Source of the DNA: Eledone cirrhosa | Lineage: Eukaryota | NCBI GenBank assembly: GCA_964016885.1 | Contig: OZ024741.1 | Span: forward strand, 238,018,001-238,082,000 | Length of the DNA stretch: 64,000 bases | Direction of reading: 5' to 3' | Translations under genes and position numbers: made by a program | The notes under the pieces: generated by a model | What the model saw: the letters and a program-made list of their open reading frames with translations, nothing else | Database searches by the model: none | What the model was told of the DNA's origin: nothing | Part shown: in pieces, positions 1 through 11,849 of the stretch | Layout: each line of letters starts with the position of its first letter | Position numbering within the stretch: the first letter of the stretch is position 1

Positions 1-328
1 GCCGTGCCTCTTACACGACCACTTTATAGTGTGGGCTGGATGTTTTGTGGTACCAACATAACTTTACAGAGTAAGGATGGTGTGGGCATAAGTGGGAGGG
101 AAATGTAGGGGTGTGTATATTCCTAGAACATAATTAAATACCATAAAGCTTTTTTGTTAGGCACTCTGGTGGTTCTGTCATTTTAAAAAAGGAACATTTT
201 AAAATTTGATTTTGATATGAAGCTAATTCCAATAACATAGTAGAATGAAATATGTATAATCTTGGAAAGTGTTGAAGTTTTCCTTTTATCTAAACAAGAT
301 TTATCTAAATCATGTTAACAAGAAAACT

Positions 329-329
329 A

Positions 330-362
<33 letters not shown>

Positions 363-610
363 GTGTTGGTGATAATGAGAATTGTGATAATGATGATGAT
401 GTTTGTGGTGATGATAATGAGGATTGTGCAATGATGATGATGATGATGATGGTGATGATGACAATGTTGATGATGGTGATAATGAGGATTTCGACAATAG
501 TGATGAAAATGATGATGAAGATAGTGCTGATAAGGATTGCAACAATAATGATGATGATGATGGTGTTGATGATAATGTGGTTTGTAACAAAAATGATAGC
601 AATGATAACC
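329..610. repeat. Degenerate (GAT/AAT)n trinucleotide microsatellite
   Basis: Pure (gat)n at 330-362 followed by degenerate gat/aat/ggt triplets; explains the low-complexity ORFs here. Confidence 0.9.
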
Positions 611-1484
611 AACCTGGTATGTCCTTGCAGTGTCTTGTCCACCAGTATTGCCATGCTCCATCATAGTTATATGACATCATGGCAATGATGGGGTCATGAT
701 CCCATATAGGGATGCTGTCTCCTTCTTTGGTGAAATATGACGAAGCCTGTTAATTAACAACAGGGTTAGTTAAATAGATTTCATAAAAGACACACTATAT
801 ATATTTAATTACAGCTAACGAGTTGAGAGCCTGCTATCAGTGTTGCTTTGTGTTCTTGTGTATTATTGGAGTTACCCCAGCAAGCAAGCTTCATCATGTT
901 TGTTTAATTTGTTAAAAATAGCAGTAAAATCTCCCTCAGACTACATTTTATTGTCTTAAAAAGGGAAGTACACATTCAATAATGTAGTACCAGACAAATA
1001 TTAGATCTTCCAAAAGAATGATGGCATGGTCATGGCTTCAATGTCTTTGATCATAGTGACCTGTGACTTAACAGAAAACAACCACCTCAGATTGCTATAC
1101 TATTTAATCTTACCTAATGAAAGGTTAAATTTGGAAACAAAAACACACACAATATGTTGAGTTAAAACTTTCAACCTCAGATATACCTGTTTTGGAACAC
1201 ACAACAGAATGCTGAGAACATAGGCTCTATATACACTCATATCCTTGTTTTCATCATGAGATGTTTGTGCCATCATACTCTCCTTGTAAGACAGTCAAAG
1301 GCAGTTGAAATCTCAGTAACAAGTAAGATGTCTGACACTCTAGTTGATCAAAAACAGGTGGATGTGTGGAGTTGTAACTTCTAATGATGTTGAAGGGGCA
1401 CCATTTTTTAAACCAGTTTCCTGATTTGAGTGCAGTCAACTTCTTTGATCGAGAAGTAAGAAAGAAAGAAATATAAAGGAAAAA

Positions 1485-1620
1485 TCAACCCAGTACTGGG
1501 TTGGTAACTTGGAAAGATGAAAGCAAAGTTGACCTCAGTGGGTTTTGACCTCAGAGCACTGAGAGTCAGAATGAATACCACAAAATATTTTATTTAACAT
1601 TCTAACAATTGTACCACTTT
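1485..1620 (-). mobile_element. Decayed tRNA-derived SINE (family A); further decayed copies near 1690-1830, 3340-3500, 4215-4400, 21925-22135
   Basis: Shares the core gatgaaaggcaaagttgacc...ggatttgaactcaga with the intact copies at 8681 and 39075. Confidence 0.7.
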
Positions 1621-2187
1621 GTAGCCTCATATATGTATGGAGTCATATGGGTGCTGCTGTATTGGGTGGGGGGAGAGAGAGGGGAAGAAATGAATCCAGT
1701 ACTAGACTGCTACTTTTTTTATTGATCTCGAAAAGATGAATGGCAAAGTTGAGCTTGGTGGGTTTGAATGGCAAGAGCCAGAACTAATACATCAAATCAA
1801 TCTAACTGATCTTCTAACGACTCTGTCCATCACCTGACCACATGGATACAAGCAAGCAAAGATAAAGCTTCCTGGTATTCCTCTTTCTATCGTGGAATGG
1901 CAGTGAACCAAACAGAAAACCCTGAAACTTGGAAGAGATGATGCCAGATGAAATAACTACATGACTGACTCCTGATGACTGATGTTACTCCTGTCACATT
2001 GTTGAAAATGACAAAAGCATGGTATTCAATCAGTACAGACAATGACACTACACCCCCAGTACAGTTCACTATGTCACCCTTTGCACCCACCCCTCTACAG
2101 CTCATTAAAATATTTGACATATATCTAAATATATAATACATATGGAAGAGAGAGAGAAGGTGAGAGATATAGATTGGAAGAAGAAGA

Positions 2188-2191
<4 letters not shown>

Positions 2192-2237
<46 letters not shown>

Positions 2238-2250
2238 GAGAGAGAGAGAG
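2192..2250. repeat. (GA)n microsatellite
   Basis: Direct inspection. Confidence 0.95.
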
Positions 2251-2270
2251 GGGAAAGAGAAATTTCTTAC

Positions 2271-2620
2271 CCTTATTGTATAATCCATTGTTTCCATAGT
2301 ATGTCACTTCAGGCATGTATGTTGGTGTAGTGTTCCAGTGTAACTACTGTAGTGGTGTGACTGTAAATGTTACTGTAGTGATGTCCCATTGTAACTGCCA
2401 CTGTAGTAATGTGACTAACAGTTGTTAGTGGTATAACTGTAACTGCTGTAGTGGTGTGTCAGTGTAACTGCTGTAGTGGTGTAACAGTGTAACTGCTGTA
2501 GTGGTGTAACAGTGTAACTGCTGTAGTGGTGTAACAGTGTAACTGCTGTAGTGGTGTGACAGTGTAAATGCCACTGAAGTGGTGTGACTGCCATGGTAAT
2601 GTTAATGCATATGTTCATTT
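2271..2620 (-). other. Putative 5' leader exon of a further protocadherin gene whose coding exon lies left of the window
   Basis: Donor AGG|GTAAGA at 2271/2270; same gtgtaactgctgtagtg repeat composition and TC-rich intron start as the leaders at 19180, 33831, 44383 and 55861. 5' end approximate. Confidence 0.6.
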
Positions 2621-2651
2621 ATGAATTTGTGATTTTATGTGTATTTGTATG

Positions 2652-2694
<43 letters not shown>

Positions 2695-4740
2695 CCCTGA
2701 TAACATTTTGAAGTGAGTGAATATACATGTATACAGACACTCATATGTGTGTGTCTGTGTTGTAAGTGTGCATGTATGTTTGTTTTTTTGCATTACTCAT
2801 ATATGCTCTGGTTACTAACAAAAGTCCCTAAATATCTGGAGACACTAAAGAGCTCTAAATATTAAGAACACAGAAAAGGGAAAACAACCCTGGTTTTATT
2901 TTTATATTTCATTTTAAAATATGTTCAGTGGGTTTATATGTCCTGTTATTATTAGACTATTTTAGAAATGTTTTAATTTAATTTAAAAAAAATTATTTAT
3001 GTGTTTTATTTACTTTTATGAAATAATTTTTATTTTAAACTTACACTAAATTTATAATCTAATTAAACTTCAACATTTAGCACTTTCTAAAATTGGTAAT
3101 TTTAAGCAATAATGTTGCATGAAGTTTTAAATGTTGTTTAAGTCTATTAATAACAATTAAGGAAGTCATTAATGTATGGACCTGTAACTCTTGATGGAGT
3201 CATAGGAGTTCTGTTGTGACATATAGCATATCTTAGGCATTATAAACCTGGTCTGAACACTGCTATTTTCTTTCAGAGAAGGAAGATTATATATATAATG
3301 ATAGAGAGAGAGGGGGAGTGAGAAAGAGATATAGAGGTAGAATCAACGCCAATCATGGACTGGTACTTTTTTATTTATTTATTGATCTTGAAAAGATGAA
3401 AGGCAAAGTTGACCGTAGCAGGATTTGAACTCAGAACACAGAGGGTAGGAATGAATACCACAAAGCATTCTATCCGATTTTCTAATGAGCCTGACAAATT
3501 ACCAGAATGTCATTAATAAAGTCCTTAATTAATAATTAAACCAATATTTGAGAATTTCATGGGTGCTGGGCTGTGACAATGAAATTTTGTCACATTTGGT
3601 GGCTTATCTTCTTGATGTATCAGGTAATGCTCATGAGGGTGTTTGGTCACTCCAGTACCTCATTCTCATTACCACCCATAGAAATACCATGTTTTAGATT
3701 ACCTCAAAATTGTTTAGAGGGCAGCACCAGTATTCCTTAATGTAGTATGTAATTGACGGAGTGTACCTGTTCTTCTATTTTCTTTTCTCGTTGACTCATA
3801 TTTTTTTTATTTGTTTCTTTTAGTGACTTAGTTATTTTGTTAATTATATTCATTATAAAATATTTGGCATTCATTATTATGCGTTACAAAAAAAAAGGGG
3901 GGGGGGGGGAGAGTCAAACAAAAAAAAACAATCAGGAATTGAATTAACATCCTTGAATGATCTGATGTTTATAGTCTAAACTGGTAAGGTTTCCTAGAAA
4001 TTATCTAAACCTATAATCCCCAATAAGGAGAAGTTTGAATGGATAATTTCAATATGTGATAATTTCCACATGGTTTTGAGATTCTGCCATAATTTTTAAT
4101 GTCAACTTCAATTAAGGCTTGCTTCTTCTCTTCATTTGATGTCTAATTTGTTTGTAATGTTAGTAGTTGTTGTTTTTGTAGTAATTGGTTAGCCACCTTT
4201 TCTCCTTAATAATGGTTTCTAATTTTGACACAAGGCCAACAATTTTTCTTTTGGAAAGCAAAAATCAATTATATCGACCCCCAAAAGGATGAAAGGCAAA
4301 GTTGACCTTAGTGGGATTTGAACTCAGAATGTAAAGAGCTGGACCTAAATTCCACAAAGCCTTTTATCTGACACTTCATTGATTCTGCCAATTCACCATC
4401 CACTTTTCCCTTAACAACAACAAGAACAACAATAAACATATGACCTAAAGTTGTTATATACTCAGTACAGTACCATATTTTAGCAAGTAAATAGACAATA
4501 GATTGGTGCCTCACAATCAGCCAGGGTCACAAAATAATAAAGAAGGCAAAACAATAAAGAGACTTTTTAGTGTAGTGGCCTCCAAATTTCATGTAGCTTA
4601 GGTCCTCACTAAGCCTAAATGCAGTACTGACTCAGGATTCACAGTGGTATTATGAAGTGGTACAGATGGTATTGGGAGGTGCGAGCAATTTCTTTTCGGT
4701 ATATGGCTGTACCAATGTCCCACAAGTCTTCTCTATGCTG

Positions 4741-4826
4741 TTATACTGGTTCTAGGTATGCTTCTTGTTCTGGTTCTTGTTGATGATTCTGTGGTGCTGG
4801 AGGTATGTTTGTGGTGGAATTGATTT
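4741..4826 (-). CDS. Protocadherin G1, last coding exon (EINSTTNIPPAPQNHQQEPEQEAYLEPV*)
   Basis: Acceptor ctaacttttcag|, phase 1 matching the 7643 donor; ends YLEPV*, homologous to YLQPT* in G2-G5. Confidence 0.75.
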
Positions 4827-5168
4827 CTGAAAAGTTAGAGAAGAAACATGGATCATCAAAGATAAATCAATAATCAATAATCTTATAGTGAATATTTGTT
4901 TCTGATGAGAGAATTACCTCAACATTCTGACAAGATATTGTACCTACATTATATAGTGCTAGCTGTGGTGTAGTGGTGGTAGTAATAAACAGATAATTGA
5001 GATCTTGGGGGTGGTAATAGCACTTGTGGTTATGGAGTTGGAAGTTATGACAATGATGATGAGGATGACAATAATGATGACCATTATTAGGATAGTGATA
5101 TTTTAAAATGGTCTAAAATTAGAAATAGAAGCTTTTGCCGTATTTTTTATTAAAGAAATTTTTGCCTG

Positions 5169-5271
5169 AAAGTGAGGTTTAGAACCCTCTAAGAAATGGA
5201 AAAAGATGAGTATTGGCTGTATGCCAATACTCATCTTTTTCCATTTCTTAGAGGGTTCTAAACCTCACTTT
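5169..5271. repeat. Perfect 49-bp inverted repeat with 5-nt spacer
   Basis: 5169-5217 is the exact reverse complement of 5223-5271; spacer tgtat. Confidence 0.95.
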
Positions 5272-7519
5272 ACATGTGAATGGAGGGGGAACATCAGGTG
5301 TAGTATTTCAGTAGACTTTGGAAATCCTATAACAGAAGTTTTCATGAATAAAATTCCAACATTGGTATTTGTTCTTGTGTCTAGCAATGTTATAATTGTG
5401 TCTAGCCAAATATAGTCCATCTAACCTAGGATTTGTATTATGGTATTAATCAAGGGAGGTAATTACGTGGGGACAAACTATTCTGTCACAAACAAGTATT
5501 GCTCTCTACTTCATGGGTGGGTGGTTATAAGCGTTCGGTTGTAAAATATAGTTGATCACTCTAAAACATACTTTTAGTCATTAAAGCTTAACTAATTGGC
5601 ATTGCTGCATTAGTGTACGGATTAAATATTTCTTTATGTTGAAAACAATTAGTAAAACTATATAATAATTGAAACTGGAGAAGATACAGAAACTAAGAAA
5701 ACTACCAAAAAAAAAAAAGAATAAAAAAGATTGTTCTGGTACTACTTTACATTTATTTATTTTCATTCTAGCAATGGTTTTTATTGGAGCAATTGTTTTT
5801 ACAGCTGGGAGTCCTTAGAGAATATGAGGAAAACTGGAACAGTTAAGTATATTGCTTAAGGTGACAACATAATATCAATAGTAGAAAGGTTTGAATTGAT
5901 GACCAAGAGGTTGGCATTGCAACACTCTAAATCCTAGTATCCCGTACCACATTATCAAGGCATTCTTGAAAAGTACAAAACAGCACTATGACAGCATCAC
6001 ATTAAAAATTAAAGTCTTTATTCTAATATTGCAATGATTCACAATGATCTGTCCACTAGTAAAGGCACTATAAATATTTTAATTAAAAACATTTTCAGAT
6101 ATTTTCTGCTAAATCACCATAGAATATTAAGAGTTAACATCACAGGCACTGTCTCCACTAAAGATTTTCTCACAATATTTTGGCAGGTTATCTTTTATCT
6201 AAATATTTAGGCATTTAAAAAATTTGATTTGCAGTCTCAAGGTATTTTTTTACATCATCATCAGCATTTTACATTTATTTTCCATGCTTGCCTGGTTTAG
6301 ATGGGCTGTGATATTCTGAAGTCAGATGTGTCAATGATTGTGTCTTGCTCATATTCCATTTTGGCATGGTTTTACAGCTGGATGTCCTTCTTAATGCCAA
6401 CTACTTCATGTGTGCGCTAGGTGCATTTTATTGTGGTACCACCACTAACACCTGACAGGGTAGACTGGGTGCTTTATCATGTCACCAGCACCACTTTACA
6501 GAGTGAACTGGGTGCTTTTATCATGGCATCATCACTACCACTTTACAGAGTGGACCAGGTAAATTTTATTGTGACATCAATACTTAATTTAATGAGTAGG
6601 CCACTCAGTTGATCAAACAACTGAATACTCATTGTGGAAACTGAGAAAGTATTTACCAAATACTCGTTATCTATATCTCAGTTATTTTGTCTTGGTTGTT
6701 ATGGCACTGTTTAAATAGGAGATAGTATTTCACCTTACCCAGTCAAATCATAAATTACGTGTGGAAAGATAATCTCTTTAGGAAGAAGATTATGTATCAA
6801 CTGAGTATATTGGAATGTTGGGAGATGGAAAACCAAATATTTTGGGTAGTGAAAATGGAGATCACCAAATTAATCATTTTGTTATAAACCATGGCTGATC
6901 TTTGGAGATTAACTATATTTTAGGATGGTTCAGCCTCATCTCTCATTGTGTATCATTTTGGTAATGAACATGTAAAAATCATCATCCTCATCATCATCAC
7001 CGTTTAACGTCTATTTCCATGCTTGTGTGAATTAGAAGGGTTATCATGTTACGAGGCCAGACAAGTCAGGTGACTATGCCTGGCTCATATGATCTGTTTT
7101 GGGTTTGGTTTTCTATGGTTGGATGTCCTTCATGAAGCCAACCACCTTACAGTGTGTACTAGGGACTTTTTTCATGGCATCATCAAGACCACCTTACTGC
7201 ATGGACTGGGAGCTTTTTTTTGTGACTCCAACACTAACACTTTACAGAGTGAACTAGGTGTTTTTTTTGTCATGGTACCAGTATGATCACCTTACAAGGT
7301 GAACTGTGTGCTTTTGGTTGTTGTAGCACCATCACAACCACCTTACGGAGTGGACTAGGTGTTTTTTGTCATGGCATTACAGTGTAGCCATAACATGTAT
7401 GTTTGTTAATAAAATTTGGTTATTTATTGAATAAGATATAAAAAAGAGGTTTTTATTGTTATCTATGTCATTTCACTTTTCTATTCATGGAACAAAACAA
7501 AAGAGAAGGGAGTGAGGAG

Positions 7520-7573
<54 letters not shown>

Positions 7574-7595
7574 GAGAAAGAGAGAGAGAGAGAGA
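7520..7595. repeat. (GA)n microsatellite
   Basis: Direct inspection. Confidence 0.95.
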
Positions 7596-7642
7596 TTATA
7601 TTAAAAGTTAGATTTAGTCTTCAACAGAGTAGTTATAGTTAC

Positions 7643-7778
7643 CTGATGTTTCCTCACAACTTTTCCCAGGTTCCTTATTCTTTATGAATCTTGAGTCATT
7701 CATATAGTTGTTACCTTTACTACCACAAGTATGGTTGATATGTTCATAAGAGGATCTCATCTTCTCTCCAGCATATGT
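7643..7778 (-). CDS. Protocadherin G1, second coding exon (TYAGEKMRSSYEHINHTCGSKGNNYMNDSRFIKNKEPGKSCEETS)
   Basis: Acceptor ttttctttaacag|, donor CAG|GTAACT, 136 nt, open frame, phase 0 in / phase 1 out as for the 148-nt exon of G2-G5. Confidence 0.75.
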
Positions 7779-8680
7779 CTGTTAAAGAAAACCAAAATAT
7801 TCTGAAGGTTAGTCACAATATTAAGTGTCCCCATCAGGTAGTTTTCATAGGTCTACTTAACTCTTAAAATTCTGTACCACATGAAACCACATTAGAAAGA
7901 CATTCTTGAAAAGTACAAAACAGCACTGTGATTGCATCATCATCATTGTTGTTTGGCAACCGTTTTCCCTGTTAACAAAAGCTGGATGTGTCGTCATAGT
8001 CTGGTCAGTACTGAAGCAGTGTCTTTGACCTCCAGATAGGCACGGGGCCTGACATGCGATCCCTGTGCTCTACTGAGTCTATTTTATCATATCACCTACA
8101 CCAGGAAAGTTGTCATGTCCTTGACATACTTGAACACCTGACACTTTGATTGACAGGTTGTCTATGGCTTGATGCCCTTTCTATTACCATCCACTTATTA
8201 GAGTGTAGTGGGTCTGTTTATCATGTAGATCCCCAACACTAGGGAGGCTGTCATGTCTTTGACACAACTGAAGTGTCCTTCTGACTCTTTGTTTGACAAG
8301 TTTTCTAAGGCTGGATGTTTTTTGCAGAATGTACTGGGTGCGTGTATTGTGTAGACCACCAACACTAATGCGGTTATTACATCTATGTTACATACTTTAA
8401 TTTACTGCAAATTTTCAGATACTATAAACATTTAAATTTACAAACCAGTTTTTAGATATTTTCTGCTAAATCATTTCAAGACATCTGCAACTTAAATACA
8501 TGTAAACCTTCATTTCTTGTTAAATATCAATCACAAATTGATAAGTATAATCATAAATTTCAACATAGCTGCATTTGTATTTATGACTTTATACAACCAG
8601 TGAGCAGATGAAGCAGAAATTAAACATCTCCCAAGATATACACCTCACCACTTGGTTCAGGAGCAATGACTTATCTAGAT

Positions 8681-8865
8681 AATTGTTTCTACTTTAGGCA
8701 CAAGGCCAGCAATTACCCAGTGCATTACTGGTACTTTATTTTATCGACCCCGTAAGGATGAAAGGCAAAGTCAACCTCGGCGGGATTTGAACTCAGATCG
8801 TAAAGGGACGTAACTATGCTGGAAAGCATGGCGTCCGACCCTCCACCGATACTGCCAATCCACGC
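8681..8865 (-). mobile_element. Young tRNA-derived SINE (family A)
   Basis: On minus strand: A-box-like TGGCAGTATCGG, B-box GAGTTCAAATCC, core CTTTGCCTTTCATCCTTACGGGGTCGATAAAATAAAGTACCAG; near-identical to 39075-39253 and 61092-61270. Confidence 0.85.
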
Positions 8866-9170
8866 AGGTTAATAGTAAATATAATTACCAGTACTTACAA
8901 TAATAGCAATGTGGACTAATGTATGACTTCTCAGTAAAGTATTTAGTAGGATGTGTGTTTTGATGTGTACATCAGAGCATACTAGTATAGAAAAAGTTAT
9001 TTCCCAATTGTAACATTTATGTTTGGGATAACACGTTCATTAACAAATGTTGTTCTGTTGTTCAGGAACAATTAGCCTCAAATTATGGGTATACATGGAA
9101 AAATTCAAATTTTGGGGCAAATATAGGGTGTCAATTTTTAGAAGAGTATAAACAGTAAGTATTTACTAAC

Positions 9171-11585
9171 CTGTGGAACTGGTGGTAGTCTTCTGGGTGT
9201 TGTTGAGAACATCCACTCATCTGGTAGATGTTCCATCTCTGGATAAAACTGACTTTTAGATTTTATTGTCTGGAGATTTCTGTTAAATATCTCTTCTGCA
9301 TTTCTGGTTATTGCAACAGGATTGTTGGTCTGATACAATAATTGTCTCATCTCAGTCTGAGACAGAAAGTTTGGATTATCTGCTGTTGTAGGTGAGTTAT
9401 TGGTGTGATTAATACATCTGAAAACACACAGTGTTATTGACACTACAATAGCCACAGATATTATTACAGCTGCTGCTACAATGATAATTACCCAAGTCAT
9501 ATTGAGGTTGTTACCAGTCTGTAAGTGGACAGCATTCAACATTGGAGATGTATCATTACTAACAAACAGTGTTAGTATGATAACAGTTGTTCCTGATTGA
9601 ACTGGAGTACCACCATCTTTCACTATAAACTGTAGGTCATATGTTCCTGCATCATTTTGGTAAACTGTCTGAGAGAAAGATAAGACACCAGTATGGGAGT
9701 TGACTGTAAACAGGTTTTTATCATTAGATCTCAGTATTCCATATGTGAGGAAAGCATTGTTTCCAGTGTCTTTGTCAGAGGCTTTCAGAATTGTGATGTC
9801 TTTCTTACTGTGTGGATGGTAGTGGACATCTAGATTGTAAGGGTCATTAATAGGAAAGGTAAAATAGGGAGCATTATCATTTTTATCTAGAATCTCAATA
9901 ACAATATTGGCAGTGTCATTCAGAGAAGGTGTTCCATTATCTTTGACTAAAACCTGGAAGTTATAGATGTCTTTCACTTCCCGATCTATTGATTGTGATG
10001 TAGAAATAAATCCATATTTTGTAAGTTGGAAAGGAATGTTATCATTGTTGTTATCATTGATGATAGAATATGTAAGTTGACCTCCATCTTCAAGATCAGG
10101 GTCTGTAGCATTGATGAAGCCAATAGGGAAGTCAACTTTCTGGTTTTCATAGGTGAGGAATTGGAATGTATCTTTGGTAAAATGTGGCTGTACATCATTG
10201 ACATCAGTTACTTTGACAGAGAAATATTTCTTAGTTTCTAGTTGAGGCGATCCCATATCATGACATACGATAGATACTTTATAGTGGTCGTTTATTTCTC
10301 TATCAAGATGTCCCTTAACAATCATTTTATATTCTTTAGAATCTATTTTGGCAAGTTTAAATTTATCATGTTTTAAGTCACAGCTAACCTCACCATTAGG
10401 TCCAACATCAGTGTCAGTGACCATAACATAAGCTATAAAACTATCTAGTTCACTGTCTTCTGAAATTGCTGTGGAACTTTCTGTTAAAGGAGATACAAAA
10501 TCTATATTTATCACTGGAGCATTATTTTGGGTATTTATAAAATTTATTTGAACCTTTGCAATGGAGCTCAAAGAAGGATTTCCCATATCTCTAGCTTCAA
10601 CAAATAAATTATATATTTGCTCCATATCAAAGCTAAATTTTTCCTTTAGGAAAATCTCTCCAGTAATTGTATTTAATGTGAAATGAGTTTTTGTCTGCTT
10701 TGATGTTTGTTGGTTATATAAATAAAAAATCTTAGCATTTTGTCCAGTATCCTCATCAGTTGTTGATAAACTCAGTATTGGAGATGTTGTTTTCTGTGAA
10801 TTTGTAATTGTGACATTATACATATTCTGGGAAAATACTGGTCTATTATCATTATCATCTGTTAAAATGATAATAATCTTCAAAATGTCATATTTTGGTG
10901 GAGACCCTCTATCCTTTGCTAATAACTCTAATATATGGTTAGCTTTTGTTTCCCTGTCCAACTTCCTTTCTAAAACTATTTCAGGTGTAAATATGTTGCC
11001 ATATATGTTTGATGTTATCAATGAGAAGAATCCACCAATGTTTTTATTAAGTTGGTATCTAATATTTGAATTCTGAACACTAACATCTTCGTCAATGGAA
11101 TTAGGAAGGGACTTTTTAGTTCCTATTCCATCATTTTCACCAAATTCCAGATGGATTTCATCTTTTGGAAACTTGGGCGCATGGTCATTTATGTCTTCTA
11201 TAATTATTTTAACCCTTAAAATCTTCATAAAAGTTTTTCCTTTCCTCGCTGCTACTTTAACAATTCTGGAACATTCCTTGTTATATGTACACAGTGACTC
11301 AGCATCCAGTGTCTGTGTAGTGTATAGTTTTCCTGTGTTGGTGACATTAAATAAGTGAGAACCACTTGACACTGTCCTTTGTAGTTGTGTAAATGTAATG
11401 AGAGTGTGTTGTTGATGTGTAAGAGAGTTTGTTAAGTTAGAATCAACAGCAATGTCTCCTATATAGGTGTGAGGACTGTCTTCTTCATTGACATGATAAG
11501 TAATGTCTATAGACAGTACAAGGGTCATCAGTAAATGTAATAGACACACATGTATTGTAATATATCCAATCATCATCATCATCAT
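9171..11585 (-). CDS. Pcdh: Protocadherin G1, large exon (signal peptide, EC1-EC6, TM, proximal tail); predicted spliced protein 878 aa
   Basis: Cadherin motifs DINDHAP, LDRE, DDNDNRPVF, DVNDVQP, DKNDNAP; EC1 C-X5-C; TM WVIIIVAAAVIISVAIVVSITLCVF; donor CAG|GTTAGT at 9171/9170 (phase 0); acceptor upstream at 11617. Confidence 0.95.
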
Positions 11586-11849
11586 TAGTCTTCACCATTA
11601 TACAAATAAGAAGATTCCTACAAACAGAAAATAGTTTGATAATAATGACTTCTTTATTTGCACACATATATACACATATCACAAACTGTAGTTACATCTA
11701 GATTAAATATATCTTAAATGTTATCAAATGAGCAAGATGTGGTCACCTGACTTGTCTCGTCACATAATGTGACCACCTGTCTAACACATGCAAGCATGAA
11801 AAATAGGCATTAATTGGTGATGATGATTATTATATATATATATAATGTT

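Noticed and set aside
269-688. Poly-D/M/H/I ORFs
   Set aside because: Translations of a (GAT)n microsatellite, open in many frames.
1887-2330. SLSLSL / RERERE ORFs
   Set aside because: Produced by (GA)n; only the first codons lie in the putative leader exon.
6420-7380. Spaced ~45-bp repeats resembling a CRISPR array
   Set aside because: Eukaryotic DNA; degenerate tandem units attached to RTE-like 3' tails, no unique spacers or cas genes.
9138-9170. ORF-track C-termini of the large exons (VSKYLLFILF, VNITF...)
   Set aside because: Read-through past a conserved CAG|GT donor; lengths vary between paralogs. An intron-retained short isoform cannot be excluded but has no support here.
9171-9260. 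WIRS or CM1/CM2 motifs in the cytoplasmic tail
   Set aside because: WKFSTT / WMFSTT does not fit the WIRS pattern (hydrophobic-x-T/S-F), and no DSG-type CM1 motif was found.
9986-11358. Recurrent short alternate-frame and antisense ORFs in each Pcdh exon
   Set aside because: They recur only because the underlying exon is duplicated.
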